Below are positions 18,489-28,420 of a stretch of 64,000 bases of DNA, piece after piece (the first letter of the stretch is position 1; each line of letters opens with the position of its first letter). The notes under the pieces were generated by a model, which had not been told where the DNA came from, made no database searches, and was given only the letters and a program-made list of their open reading frames with translations. Made by a program: the position numbers and the translations under genes. This stretch comes from Candidatus Zixiibacteriota bacterium (GTDB lineage Bacteria > Zixibacteria > MSB-5A5 > UBA10806). The stretch covers positions 89,091 through 153,090 of the forward strand of contig CP070813.1 in the NCBI GenBank assembly GCA_020344055.1, in the 5' to 3' direction.

Positions 18489-19745
18489 TCAATCACCGGC
18501 ACTTATATCCTTGTATCCGGCCATCGCCTTGAAGTCGCTTCCGGAGGGATTCTGGAAAACTCTTAAATCGAATTCCGGTATCACCGCCAGTATATGATCG
18601 AAAATATCGGCCTGTATGCCTTCGTACCTCGCCCATTCCTGGTCGCTGCTGAAAACGTAAATTTCGATAGGCAGACCGGTCGGGGTGGGCTGGAGATGAC
18701 GAATGAGAAAGGTCATGTTTTGGCTGATTTGAGGATGATTTTTCAAGTAGGCCGCTATATAAGCCCTTAAGGTACCTATGTTGGTGAGGTTCCTGCCGTT
18801 TACCAGGGTGGACGTATCGACATTATGAGCAAGATTGTATTCGTCGATCTCTTTTCTTTTGTTTTTTATATAGCCGCGCAAAAAATGGATTTTCTCGAAT
18901 TTATCGAGCATCTCCGGCGCACAGAATTTTATGCTGCTCATATCGATATAGATCGCCCTTTTTATACGGCGTCCACCCGATTCGGTCATACCTCGCCAGT
19001 TTTTGAATGAATCGGTAATAAGGGCATAAGTGGGAATGGTCGAAATTGTCTTATCCCAGTTTTGCACCTTTACGGTTGTCAGGGTTATATCGATGACATC
19101 GCCGTCCGCCCCTAATTTCGGCATCTCTATCCAGTCGCCCAGCCTCACCATTTTATTGGCGGAGAGCTGCATTCCAGCGATAAACCCTAAAATGGAATCC
19201 TTGAAGATCAGGAGTAATATGGCGGTCATGGCGCCTATACCGCTGAGCAAAACCCAGGGGGAACGATTCATCAGGGTGGCGATTATAAATACCGCTCCAA
19301 GAGTGTAAATCAGGATCATGATAATCTGAACCGCTCCCTTGATGGGCCGCTCCCGGGAGATGTCGTATCGATTGTAGATATCGATTACCGCGTTGGAAAA
19401 AGCGTTCAGCGAAACCAGAAGGATAATAGCCATTCCGCTTAAGATGATTCGTTGAATCCAATCCTGCGCGGCGGGAAAAATCGGCGCGGCGAAATATATC
19501 ACCAGGGCCGGCGCCAGATTGGCCAGCCTGTGAAAGACCTTTCTTTTTAATAGTATGTCATCCCAATCGCTTCTGCTGCCTCTGACAACGAAATGAAGAA
19601 TTCTGAGGAGGATTTTTTTGACGATGAAATTCCCCAGCAGCGCCAGCAGTATTATGCACGCGATCCCCGCAATCCAGCCGAGCGGTTCGGCATACTGAAT
19701 CTCAAGGCCCAGTTCTCTGAGCCGCGATATTATGACCTCAATCAT
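18489..19745 (-). CDS. ybdG: Miniconductance mechanosensitive channel, MscS family
   Basis: DWIEMPKLGADGDVIDITLTTVKVQNWDKTISTIPTYAL and FKNWRGMTESGGRRIKR motifs. Confidence 0.9.
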   Translation of the reverse strand: MIEVIISRLRELGLEIQYAEPLGWIAGIACIILLALLGNFIVKKILLRILHFVVRGSRSDWDDILLKRKVFHRLANLAPALVIYFAAPIFPAAQDWIQRIILSGMAIILLVSLNAFSNAVIDIYNRYDISRERPIKGAVQIIMILIYTLGAVFIIATLMNRSPWVLLSGIGAMTAILLLIFKDSILGFIAGMQLSANKMVRLGDWIEMPKLGADGDVIDITLTTVKVQNWDKTISTIPTYALITDSFKNWRGMTESGGRRIKRAIYIDMSSIKFCAPEMLDKFEKIHFLRGYIKNKRKEIDEYNLAHNVDTSTLVNGRNLTNIGTLRAYIAAYLKNHPQISQNMTFLIRHLQPTPTGLPIEIYVFSSDQEWARYEGIQADIFDHILAVIPEFDLRVFQNPSGSDFKAMAGYKDISAGD

Positions 19746-19760
19746 TCGGTTCTCCTTTCA

Positions 19761-20537
19761 CTATTGAAACAGCCCTATCAACAGGCCGGAGAGCCCCAGC
19801 AATATCGATCCCGAAACAAGCAAAACCGACAGCAAAAACCAGCGCACGAATTTTGCCCCTCGCCTGACCGCCATCCTGGAGGCGATCCAGGCGCCGGCCA
19901 TATTCCCCAGCGCCAGCACCATTCCGGTTTTCCATTGGACCTGTCCGTTCAACATGAATATTATCAGCGCGAAAAAGGTAAAGCAAAGCACAATCAAAAG
20001 TTTCACGGCATTCGCTCTTACCAGGTCATAACCGGCGCCCAGCACCAGGCCTGCCAGCAAAAATATACCAACCCCGGCCTGAATAAATCCACCATAAACG
20101 CCTATCAGGAAAAACGCGAAAATTTTCAGGATTAATGAAAATCCTTTTTCATCCCCGGTTTTTCCCTCGAGCCATCGACGCGGTTTTATCAAGACCACGA
20201 AAAACATAACCACCATCAATATGCCGACCGTCCGGCGGATTATGAATTCATCCAGATTAACCGCTATCTGCGCGCCTATAACGGCCCCGACAACGGCCGG
20301 CAATGCCAGCATATTACCGGCCCGCATATCGAGCACTCTCTGCCTTCGAAAGCTCCCCACCGCCACCACGTTCTGCAACAGGATGGCCACCCGGTTGGTG
20401 CCGTTGGCTATATTGGCGGGTAATCCGAGAAAGATCAAAAGCGGAAGCGTAATAAGAGAACCGCTGCCGGCAAGCGTGTTGATAAATCCCGCGGCGAATC
20501 CCGCGGCGATAACAGCCGGGTAAAAAAACCACTCCAT
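19761..20537 (-). CDS. Sulfite exporter TauE/SafE family membrane protein
   Basis: AGFINTLAGSGSLI, ANGTNRVAI and GVYGGFIQAGVG motifs; multiple TM helices. Confidence 0.88.
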   Translation of the reverse strand: MEWFFYPAVIAAGFAAGFINTLAGSGSLITLPLLIFLGLPANIANGTNRVAILLQNVVAVGSFRRQRVLDMRAGNMLALPAVVGAVIGAQIAVNLDEFIIRRTVGILMVVMFFVVLIKPRRWLEGKTGDEKGFSLILKIFAFFLIGVYGGFIQAGVGIFLLAGLVLGAGYDLVRANAVKLLIVLCFTFFALIIFMLNGQVQWKTGMVLALGNMAGAWIASRMAVRRGAKFVRWFLLSVLLVSGSILLGLSGLLIGLFQ

Positions 20538-20654
20538 CGGAAAACCGCCTTACCTAAAATAAACGCGCACGACCAGGGAAAGAATATAGAGCTATATATT
20601 TTCTATCAAGAGAATTTTTATAAGGAAGAATTGATGGTCAAAAAACAATATAGC

Positions 20655-22205
20655 TTAATTTCCGTCACCGGCTTCGAGATACAAGACCTGAAGGCTGTCG
20701 TTGTTACATATGTAAATGTAGTTTCCCGTTGCGAAAAGCTCTTCGATGGAGGAGTCGTCGTACCTGCCTGATAGCTGGGGCAGGGCCGGGACAGTTATGT
20801 CCACGGCCCTGAATATATCGGAATTATTGTAAATATAGGCATAACTGCTGTCGGCGAATAGCCTGTCGCAGCCGCCGGACAGGAGATAGGAGCCCGCGAT
20901 GACCGGAACCAGGGGATCGGCCACGTTTATTATTATAAAACCGATATCGTTCGCCAGATATACATAGCCGTTGCAGACGTGAATATCGTCGGTCGAGTAT
21001 TCCGGATTGTAATATCCCACCACAACCGGATTCGAGGGATTGCTGATATCGATAATTTTGAGCGCGTCGGCGGTCAAAAGGTAAATGTATTCCTCCTCGT
21101 AACAGATATCCTGTATATTCTGCGGTTCCGCATGTCTGCCCAACACGCTGAAACCTGTAGAGTCGGGTAAATCCATGATTAATAGGCTGTCGATAAAGCT
21201 GCCGCTGGAGGCCAGAAAAATATAATTGTCCGATACGCATATTAAATGTCTACCCGGCGTCTTTATATATTCGTTCGTTTGTACCGGGGCAGACGGCGTG
21301 CTGACATCTACCATGACGAAACCGGAGTCGTGGGCGATGTAGGCGTAATCGCCTTTTACGTAGAGATCATCCGTCTGAAAGAGTATGAAATATCCGCCCG
21401 TTATCGAAAACTGGTCCGGAACCGAAATATCTATGATTTTCATGCTATTGTACGCTCCCCAGAAACCGGAGCAATAGGCGTAATTACCCTCAATATGGAG
21501 AAATACCGGGAACGATGTCATGGGACCCTGAATTGAGCCCGCAAGTCGAATGGTGGTCAGGGTGGTAGCGATAATAGTCTCCGACGATGAACTGCCGAGG
21601 CTGTTTGTGGCCGCTACATAATAGGAATACTGCGTATTTCCTGTCAGGTTCGTATCCACGTATGAGACCGTATTTGTCGCCGTAATCCCGCTTATGACCA
21701 CCACCCCGGTATCCTGCCGGCAAACGAGGAAATTGGTTTCATTGTCGGAATTATCGATCCAGCTCAAGGCGATCCTGGTATCGGACAGTACCTCCGCGTT
21801 AAGTCCCGAGGGAGCATCCGGAATCGAGAAACTTATGGTAACAGTGTTGGAAAATTCCGATTCCGTCGCCGAATTAAAGGCGTTTATTCTGTAACTGTAA
21901 CTCTCGCCGATCACCGCGGTGCTGTCGTAAAAAACGATGGTGTTTGCCGTCACGGTTTCGATAGCCGCCCATTGCGCGGAATTCGTGTCGCCCCCGACCT
22001 CATACCTCATGACATAAAAACCGTCTTCGTTATCGGAATTATCCGTCCATCTTAACTCCAGGGTTGTCGCGGTGATTATCAGCGCCGATAGACCCGAAGG
22101 GGGATAGATTACGGAGTCGTTCCGGAACGGAGGAGAGACCTTTTCCCCGCATCCCGTCAAAAACGAGATGGCTAATAGAACAAATATCCACTTATTTTTC
22201 CGCAT
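20655..22205 (-). CDS. Lipoprotein with two fibronectin type III domains and LVIVD-type repeats
   Basis: Lipobox FLTGC; two WxDNSDNE...YSY FN3 units; repeated YAY...IIDISxPxxP blades. Confidence 0.8.
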   Translation of the reverse strand: MRKNKWIFVLLAISFLTGCGEKVSPPFRNDSVIYPPSGLSALIITATTLELRWTDNSDNEDGFYVMRYEVGGDTNSAQWAAIETVTANTIVFYDSTAVIGESYSYRINAFNSATESEFSNTVTISFSIPDAPSGLNAEVLSDTRIALSWIDNSDNETNFLVCRQDTGVVVISGITATNTVSYVDTNLTGNTQYSYYVAATNSLGSSSSETIIATTLTTIRLAGSIQGPMTSFPVFLHIEGNYAYCSGFWGAYNSMKIIDISVPDQFSITGGYFILFQTDDLYVKGDYAYIAHDSGFVMVDVSTPSAPVQTNEYIKTPGRHLICVSDNYIFLASSGSFIDSLLIMDLPDSTGFSVLGRHAEPQNIQDICYEEEYIYLLTADALKIIDISNPSNPVVVGYYNPEYSTDDIHVCNGYVYLANDIGFIIINVADPLVPVIAGSYLLSGGCDRLFADSSYAYIYNNSDIFRAVDITVPALPQLSGRYDDSSIEELFATGNYIYICNNDSLQVLYLEAGDGN

Positions 22206-22444
22206 ATCGCCCCGTTTTAGATTTTATATCTCAATTCTATAATCGGTTTTGTTTATCCCGTTTTTAACCCGTCGGCACCCCGTATTTCGGGAGCCATTTT
22301 TATAATAAGTTGAAACATATAGGATTAGACGGCGAAACATTTGAATTTTATTTACGTAGACCAAAATGGGAGCGTTCAGATTTGTAATGGTTGATAAAAT
22401 GCTGGTCGCTATTTCGGCAATTTTTAGCCAGAAGGGGAATTAAA

Positions 22445-23620
22445 ATGTATTCCAGACGAAGAATATGGAGTTTTATTATTGTCGCGGTATTGGCTGCAAG
22501 CTTTCCCTGCGGGAACCTCTTTGCGCAACAGGCCGCGAAGATATTTGTCGGTGAAGCGATCAATATTCATTCGGAAATCCTGGGCGAAGACAGGACATTA
22601 TACATCTATACCCCTCAGGGATATAGCTCTACCGAGGACAGATACCCGGTGCTTTACATGCTTGACGGGGGTGAGCATTTTGTTCATGTGTCCGGAATAA
22701 TACATTATCTATCCGGCATAGGACATATTCCTCAGATGATTATGGTGGCAATACCCAATACCCGGCGAACCCACGACTTTACGCCCACCTATAATGAGGA
22801 ATTTCCCACCAGCGGGGGTGGAGAGAAATTCCTGAATTTCCTTGAAAACGAATTTATTCCCTATATCGATCAAACCTACAGGACCCAACCCTATCGTATA
22901 CTTGCGGGACATTCGCTGACGGGAACCTTTACCGTATATACGCTTCTAACCAAGCCGGATTTATTCGGCGGCTATATCTCCATATCTCCATCCATAGGCT
23001 GGGATGACGGCGTTATGGTTAAGCGGGCGAAATCGTTTTTCCAGAAACAGGCCAGGTTTAATAAATTCTTTTACCTCACCCTGGGGGACGAGGGCGAGTG
23101 GAAGTTTTCGTTTTTTAAAGACCTGACCGATACCATAAGAAGGACCAGACCGCAGGATTTCAACTGGAAATTCGTTCACATGAAAGATGAATCCCATGTA
23201 TCTATTCCCCATAAGAGCGTTTATGACGGTCTCGAGCTTTTATACAAGGACTGGGCGGTGCCCGATGGAGTGGCGGCCGGAGGTCTGGAATCGATTCTGA
23301 ACCATTACCGGCAACTGACGGATAAATTTGGTTACACGGTTTCGCCGTCTGAAATTTATCTGAATATTCTGGGTTACGAGTTTTTAAATATTCGGGATCT
23401 GGAAGAAGCGCTGAGTATTTTCGCTTATAACATTAAACTGTATCCGAACTCCGCCAATGTTTACGACAGCTACGGCGAGGCGCTCGAAAGGGATAGCCAG
23501 CTTGAAAAGGCGCTCGAAAATTATCAAATCGCCTATAACAAAGGGAAAGAAAACTCCGATCCCAACGAAAATATCTACAGGCAGAATTACGAGCGGGTGA
23601 AAAAATACCTGGAAGAATGA
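22445..23620 (+). CDS. Exported alpha/beta hydrolase (esterase) with C-terminal TPR
   Basis: YPVLYMLDG, nucleophile elbow GHSLTG, ESHVS His, and TPR segment YPNSANVYDSYGEAL. The ATG at 22445 with a GAAGGGG RBS is preferred to the track start at 22391. Confidence 0.85.
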   Translation: MYSRRRIWSFIIVAVLAASFPCGNLFAQQAAKIFVGEAINIHSEILGEDRTLYIYTPQGYSSTEDRYPVLYMLDGGEHFVHVSGIIHYLSGIGHIPQMIMVAIPNTRRTHDFTPTYNEEFPTSGGGEKFLNFLENEFIPYIDQTYRTQPYRILAGHSLTGTFTVYTLLTKPDLFGGYISISPSIGWDDGVMVKRAKSFFQKQARFNKFFYLTLGDEGEWKFSFFKDLTDTIRRTRPQDFNWKFVHMKDESHVSIPHKSVYDGLELLYKDWAVPDGVAAGGLESILNHYRQLTDKFGYTVSPSEIYLNILGYEFLNIRDLEEALSIFAYNIKLYPNSANVYDSYGEALERDSQLEKALENYQIAYNKGKENSDPNENIYRQNYERVKKYLEE

Positions 23621-23646
23621 AACCGATATACGATTCGATTCCTGCT

Positions 23647-23672
23647 GGTTGCCAAGCGCCCGCCTGGCAGCC
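23647..23672. repeat. Short REP-like hairpin
   Basis: GGTTGCCA-AGCGCCCGCC-TGGCAGCC imperfect inverted repeat between convergent genes. Confidence 0.4.
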
Positions 23673-23682
23673 TGAAAATCCG

Positions 23683-23721
23683 AAAATAAAAAGCCGGAGC
23701 CAACGCCCCGGCTTTTATTTT
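23683..23721. terminator. Bidirectional rho-independent terminator
   Basis: AAAAGCCGG...CCGGCTTTT stem with A and T tracts on either side, between convergent genes. Confidence 0.75.
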
Positions 23722-23737
23722 GTATTGTTGTCAGATG

Positions 23738-25933
23738 CTAATTCGGGAATAATTCTCTCAGCTCATCCACTGAGAGGTATTCTATCCCGGAATCGGAGAT
23801 CTGAACCACCTGCGATCCCACCTTGAACCTTACCTCATCGCCGACCGCCAGATAACGCCCCAATGAGGGATCTTTTTCGAGCAGCTGGAAGTAGGCTTCC
23901 GAGAATCTCTTTATTTCGATATCGAATGAATCCTTCTCGATATCCGACTGTATCCAGTTGACGCCGGATTGGTAGAAAGCCTGAACGCCAACCTGCTTCG
24001 CGTTGGTGATCTCGTGCCTCTGTTCGTCGATCACAACCATCCCGTCGGGCGCAACCTGTTTCGAGACACTTTGCGAATGGAGACTCTGAGATTGCGTCAC
24101 TGCGGTTCTGCCCGACTTTTCGCCGCCCAGACCTTCCAGTTTATCCTTCAGGCTTTTTCTGAGTACCGGCGCCTCCGCCTCCCAGTAGGCGCCCGCCATC
24201 CGATACTCATCGCCGGTAACCAAAAACGAGGTATATTCGGTTATAATCCCGAATTTCTTGGAAAGCTCGATTACCTCGGTTAGAAGCTCGTCGCTGGTAC
24301 CGTGAAGCCGCATCTGCTGGAGCAGATGCCCGATTCTCCTGTTTGCCCACAAAAGTGCGATATACTCGTCCGACACGGAACCGTCGGAATACTCCACCGG
24401 GTACCTGTATTCCGCGTGTTCATCGGCGATTTTCCCCGACAAGGTCGCGTCCGAACCGCCCAGGCTTCTAAATCTCCCGGTTATTATGACCTCCGAGCCA
24501 TAGAAAAGATCGGGTAGCTTCTCCGGGTATATATTGTAGCCGTTTTCGGAGGCGAATCTCAGTTTCACATCCGTCATGGCCGGGCGGCTGATTCTGGCCG
24601 CCAGCCTGGAGACCTTCACCTCGATATTCTCATTCGGGAGAACGTACTCCGGCGCCCCGCCGTTTTCCTCGGCGAGACGGTCCAGAAGGTGCGCGTTGAC
24701 GTCATACCCGACCCCAAATACAAATAGCCTCGCCCTACTTTCGTTGAGTCTGGTCGTATTCTTTATGATATCCTCGATATTTCTATTTCCAACCGTTGGA
24801 AGGCCGTCAGTTAGAAAGATCAGATACGTTGGATCGCCGTTTTTCGGGATCATCTCGCAGGCCCTGGCGAGAGCGTCGTAAATATTGGTGCCTCCCGAGG
24901 CGTCGATCCGATCGGCGAATTCGATGGCATCGGCCACGTTTTTCTTGCTGGCGTCGAGAAGACCCGGATTGTAGGGCATTACGTTATCGTCATAATCTAT
25001 TATGTTGAATCTATCGCCGGCATTGAGGCCGAGCAGGCAGAATTCCAGAGCTTCTTTCGCCTGTTGCATTTTCTCGCCGCGCATGCTGCCGGAGGAGTCT
25101 AGAATAAAGATCAGATTTTTGTCGAAAGTCCTGGAACTGTTTTCCAGGGGCGGCGAGAGTATACCGATGAAGTAGCCATCCTTTGTGCCCGGCTCGCGGT
25201 AGCTCAAAAGATGAAACCCGAAGTCGCTTTTCTGGCGGGTGAAATGAAGTATAAAATCCTCGGCCGGTCTGATATTTCTTTCAAGATACGATACCGTCAT
25301 CGACCTCTCGCCCTTTCGTTCCGACGTAACGTTATGAGTGGGGCAGTAAACCGAGCCTATCTTTTCGAATGAGCTGACATCGATCTCGATTTTGCATTCC
25401 TCGAGATTCGAATTTGAATACTTTTCCGTGTTCAAGGGATAAAGATAGGTAACCGTCCCGTAATCCGACTTCAGGGTTTCCTCGTATTCCAGCTTTATTC
25501 GAACCTCCCCGTTGGCCGGGATGGGGTAGATCCGCATCCTGTACATCCCCCGGCCGGCGTATTCCAGGATTGCCGGGTCTTTATGCTGCCGGACGATATC
25601 CTCGTAAATCCTCCTGGCCTCCTTGGCGTCCAGAAGCTCCGCCTCCATTTTGCGGCCGTTGAGCCAGGCCACGAATCGGCTCACCGAGGCGTTTTCCGGA
25701 ATCGGGAAAATGTAATCCGCTTCCAGTTCGCGGCCGAAGGGGTTGACGAAGACCTGGTCTATGCTCGTAATGGCAACGGGATCGCTTATGCGGACATTGA
25801 CATGATGATATTTGACATTCACCCTGGGATGAGGGGGCATCCAGGGCTTGGGACGAGGCATGATAAAGCCGTCGGCCATCGCTGTGCCGAAAATCCCGAA
25901 TATCATCGCCATCAAGATTAGAGTTTTTTTCAT
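23738..25933 (-). CDS. Exported VIT + vWA domain protein (inter-alpha-trypsin-inhibitor-like)
   Basis: VIT domain (QVFVNP...EADYIFPIPENASV), MIDAS DSSGS, IFLTDGLPTVG and FVFGVGYDVN. ATG at 25933 with a GGAGG RBS; signal peptide ending in AMA. Confidence 0.9.
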   Translation of the reverse strand: MKKTLILMAMIFGIFGTAMADGFIMPRPKPWMPPHPRVNVKYHHVNVRISDPVAITSIDQVFVNPFGRELEADYIFPIPENASVSRFVAWLNGRKMEAELLDAKEARRIYEDIVRQHKDPAILEYAGRGMYRMRIYPIPANGEVRIKLEYEETLKSDYGTVTYLYPLNTEKYSNSNLEECKIEIDVSSFEKIGSVYCPTHNVTSERKGERSMTVSYLERNIRPAEDFILHFTRQKSDFGFHLLSYREPGTKDGYFIGILSPPLENSSRTFDKNLIFILDSSGSMRGEKMQQAKEALEFCLLGLNAGDRFNIIDYDDNVMPYNPGLLDASKKNVADAIEFADRIDASGGTNIYDALARACEMIPKNGDPTYLIFLTDGLPTVGNRNIEDIIKNTTRLNESRARLFVFGVGYDVNAHLLDRLAEENGGAPEYVLPNENIEVKVSRLAARISRPAMTDVKLRFASENGYNIYPEKLPDLFYGSEVIITGRFRSLGGSDATLSGKIADEHAEYRYPVEYSDGSVSDEYIALLWANRRIGHLLQQMRLHGTSDELLTEVIELSKKFGIITEYTSFLVTGDEYRMAGAYWEAEAPVLRKSLKDKLEGLGGEKSGRTAVTQSQSLHSQSVSKQVAPDGMVVIDEQRHEITNAKQVGVQAFYQSGVNWIQSDIEKDSFDIEIKRFSEAYFQLLEKDPSLGRYLAVGDEVRFKVGSQVVQISDSGIEYLSVDELRELFPN

Positions 25934-26148
25934 CGTTTCCTCCATTTCCGTTTTTAAAGTTTCTAATCCCAATACGAATCAGAAGTTTCATTATTCCGCA
26001 ATTTCTGAGGCAAGAGATTCAACCGCTTTCTATTCATGTACTTACGCAGGACATCAAAGGCCCCTTGACAGGGCCGGTTAAAATCGTTACTTGGATTCCT
26101 GCAGATGGTTATCGACAGCAAAGATTTTTTAGCGAAAAGGAAAACCTG

Positions 26149-27246
26149 ATGAAAAATATTATCGATTTTCTGAAAAGCGATCGCCCGGCTATGGGATTGA
26201 TAATTGTTATAACGTTATTCTTGATTATAGGAACCGTTTCCGCCCAGTCCCCAACTTTAGCGGAATCGGATAGTCCCGAACAGGTTGCCGAAGAAAGCTT
26301 ATCCGACACCGCCGATGTTACGGCGGCCGAATCTGTCGATGAGGAACAGGCTGAAGCCCCTGAGAAGGAACCGCCGGGGCTTCTGGATTTCCTCTTTACC
26401 GGGAAATTTGCGGGATTCCTGGTGTTGATGATTGCCGGTCTGGTTTTGCTTTTCGCCAGAAAAGTAAACATATGGGTGAGAGTCATAATGATGCTGATAG
26501 CTTTCGTGCTATACGGCCTCGATTATATCTTCCCTTTGCATCCCAGCCCCATGTGCGCGGTCACCAAGCTTTTCATGTTCAAGATCGTATTCGGCAAGTT
26601 CTTCCCGGTGTTTCTGGCTATCTTTCTGGCCATTTTCATTCCCAGTTTGATCGGCAGGAAGCTTTTCTGCGGCTGGGTATGTCCCCTCGGCGCCCTGCAG
26701 GAGCTGGTTAATAAAATCCCCCATAAATTTCATTTTAAAAATTTCAGTTTTTCCGTTTTCAATACCGTAAGGTTCGCGCTTTTGGGATTATTCATATTTA
26801 CATTTTTCTACGTGAAGGATATGATGGCCGGGCTGGCCGAAAATCCCGAGGCCTATATAAACCCCCCGCTTCTTAAAGCCTATTCGGCTTATAGCGTATA
26901 CGAGCCGATAAACTTCTTCGAGCTTCTTCACTGGAATATCGATACCACCTTTATCGTAATGATGATAATCCTGATAGTTATAAGTTTGTTTCTATATCGG
27001 CCGTTCTGCTATTTTATCTGCCCGGTCGGGGCGCTGACCTGGCTGTGCGAGAAGATCGCTCCCGGCAGGGTACGAGTCGATCATTCCAAATGCACCGACT
27101 GCGGCGACTGCGAGGAGAAAAGCCCCTGCCCCACAATCAAAAAATTAAAAGACGAAAAAGCGAAATATATACCCGATTGCACCTCCTGCGGGGAATGCGT
27201 GAGCGCCTGTCAGGAGAAAGCCGTCAAATTCGGATTTAAAGCTTAG
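26149..27246 (+). CDS. Membrane-bound 4Fe-4S protein, NapH/MauN/NosR-C-terminal-like
   Basis: TM helices with FCGWVCPLGALQE and RPFCYFICPVGA, then CTDCGDC and CTSCGECVSAC. ATG at 26149 with an AAGGA RBS. Confidence 0.85.
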   Translation: MKNIIDFLKSDRPAMGLIIVITLFLIIGTVSAQSPTLAESDSPEQVAEESLSDTADVTAAESVDEEQAEAPEKEPPGLLDFLFTGKFAGFLVLMIAGLVLLFARKVNIWVRVIMMLIAFVLYGLDYIFPLHPSPMCAVTKLFMFKIVFGKFFPVFLAIFLAIFIPSLIGRKLFCGWVCPLGALQELVNKIPHKFHFKNFSFSVFNTVRFALLGLFIFTFFYVKDMMAGLAENPEAYINPPLLKAYSAYSVYEPINFFELLHWNIDTTFIVMMIILIVISLFLYRPFCYFICPVGALTWLCEKIAPGRVRVDHSKCTDCGDCEEKSPCPTIKKLKDEKAKYIPDCTSCGECVSACQEKAVKFGFKA

Positions 27247-27259
27247 ATTATAAAATAAA

Positions 27260-27479
27260 CCGGGCGGACCGGCCGTATTGACCGGCCCGCCTGGGGCGCT
27301 ATCGAATCTCTTTGTGATATTTTTAATGCGGCGTCAGGAACCCATTCCTGACGCCCTCTTACCGATTTTGGAATTGTTTTTAGACGATTCTCTTAGCCGG
27401 GGTCTTGAAATAAAATTCCGCGCAAGCGCAAAGACCCCGGGGCTATGCCGTTCCGGGGTCCCTGCGGGACCCCGGCTAC
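27260..27479. repeat. Cluster of four palindromes (BIME-like REP composite)
   Basis: Hairpins at 27260-27294, 27330-27355 (perfect 11 bp), 27394-27445 and 27453-27479. The last reads GTAGCCGGGGTCCCGCAGGGACCCCGG on the minus strand. Confidence 0.7.
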
Positions 27480-27493
27480 GATTTGCCGCTTTA

Positions 27494-28420
27494 CTATCGA
27501 ATATCCTTAAGATATTTGAAATAATCCGAATCGGTGGTCAGGATAAGCCAGGAGTCCTTGTCTATGGTTTCCGGATAGGTCTCCAGGGCTTTTAAGAATG
27601 AATAAAACTCCGGGTCCTTGTTGTACGCGCCGGCGTAGATCTGGGTCGATTTGCCATCGGCCTGACCCCTGATTTCCTCAGCCGTTCTGTATGCCTCGGA
27701 GGTTATTTTCTGTAGTTCCTTTTCCATATCACCGAGAATCTTGGATCTTTCCCCCTGGCCCTCCGAACGATACTGCTCCGCGATCCTCTCGCGTTCGGCG
27801 ATCATCCTGGAAAATACCTTTTCGCGCACGCTCTGAACGTAATTTATATGTTTTACCCTTACATCGATGAGCTCGATGCCGTATTGCGGCGTCATCTCCG
27901 AGGCTTTCTTGAATATTTCCTTGTTGATTCGCTCTCTTCCCTTCTCAATTTCTATTACTTCTCTTTCTATTTCCTCACCCTCCGATTGAACCAGGGGCCT
28001 GTTTGAATTTCTCACTACTTCTATCAGGTCTTGTTCTGTGATGAAATCCCTGACGGCGGCATCGATGACATTATCGAGCCGGGTCTGGGCGCTGAGCTCG
28101 TTGCCTACCGACTGGTAAAATTTTAGCGGGTCGCTTATTTTCCAGCGGGCATAGGTATCCACCAGGATAAATTTCTTATCTTTGGTCGGGATCTGGGTGG
28201 CGTTGCCGTCCCATTCCAGTATCCGCTTTTCAAAAAAGGTGGCCGCCTGTATGAAAGGTGTTTTTATATGCAAGCCCGGGTCTTTTACCACCCTGACCGG
28301 CTCGCCGAACTGGGTAATGACAACCTGCTCCCTCTGATCCACTGTATAAAAGGCGGCGGCCAATATTATTAATGCCAGTATTGCGACTATTCCGGTTATT
28401 ATCCATTTCGCGCTGATCAT
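27494..28420 (-). CDS. hflC: Protease modulator HflC
   Basis: SPFH domain, VVITQFGEPV, RMIAERERIAEQYRSEG, AYNKDPEFYSF; translationally coupled to hflK. Confidence 0.93.
   Translation of the reverse strand: MISAKWIITGIVAILALIILAAAFYTVDQREQVVITQFGEPVRVVKDPGLHIKTPFIQAATFFEKRILEWDGNATQIPTKDKKFILVDTYARWKISDPLKFYQSVGNELSAQTRLDNVIDAAVRDFITEQDLIEVVRNSNRPLVQSEGEEIEREVIEIEKGRERINKEIFKKASEMTPQYGIELIDVRVKHINYVQSVREKVFSRMIAERERIAEQYRSEGQGERSKILGDMEKELQKITSEAYRTAEEIRGQADGKSTQIYAGAYNKDPEFYSFLKALETYPETIDKDSWLILTTDSDYFKYLKDIR

Noticed and set aside
27278-27595. 105-aa plus-strand ORF
   Set aside because: It runs through the palindrome cluster and overlaps the hflC 3' end on the opposite strand, with no protein-like features.
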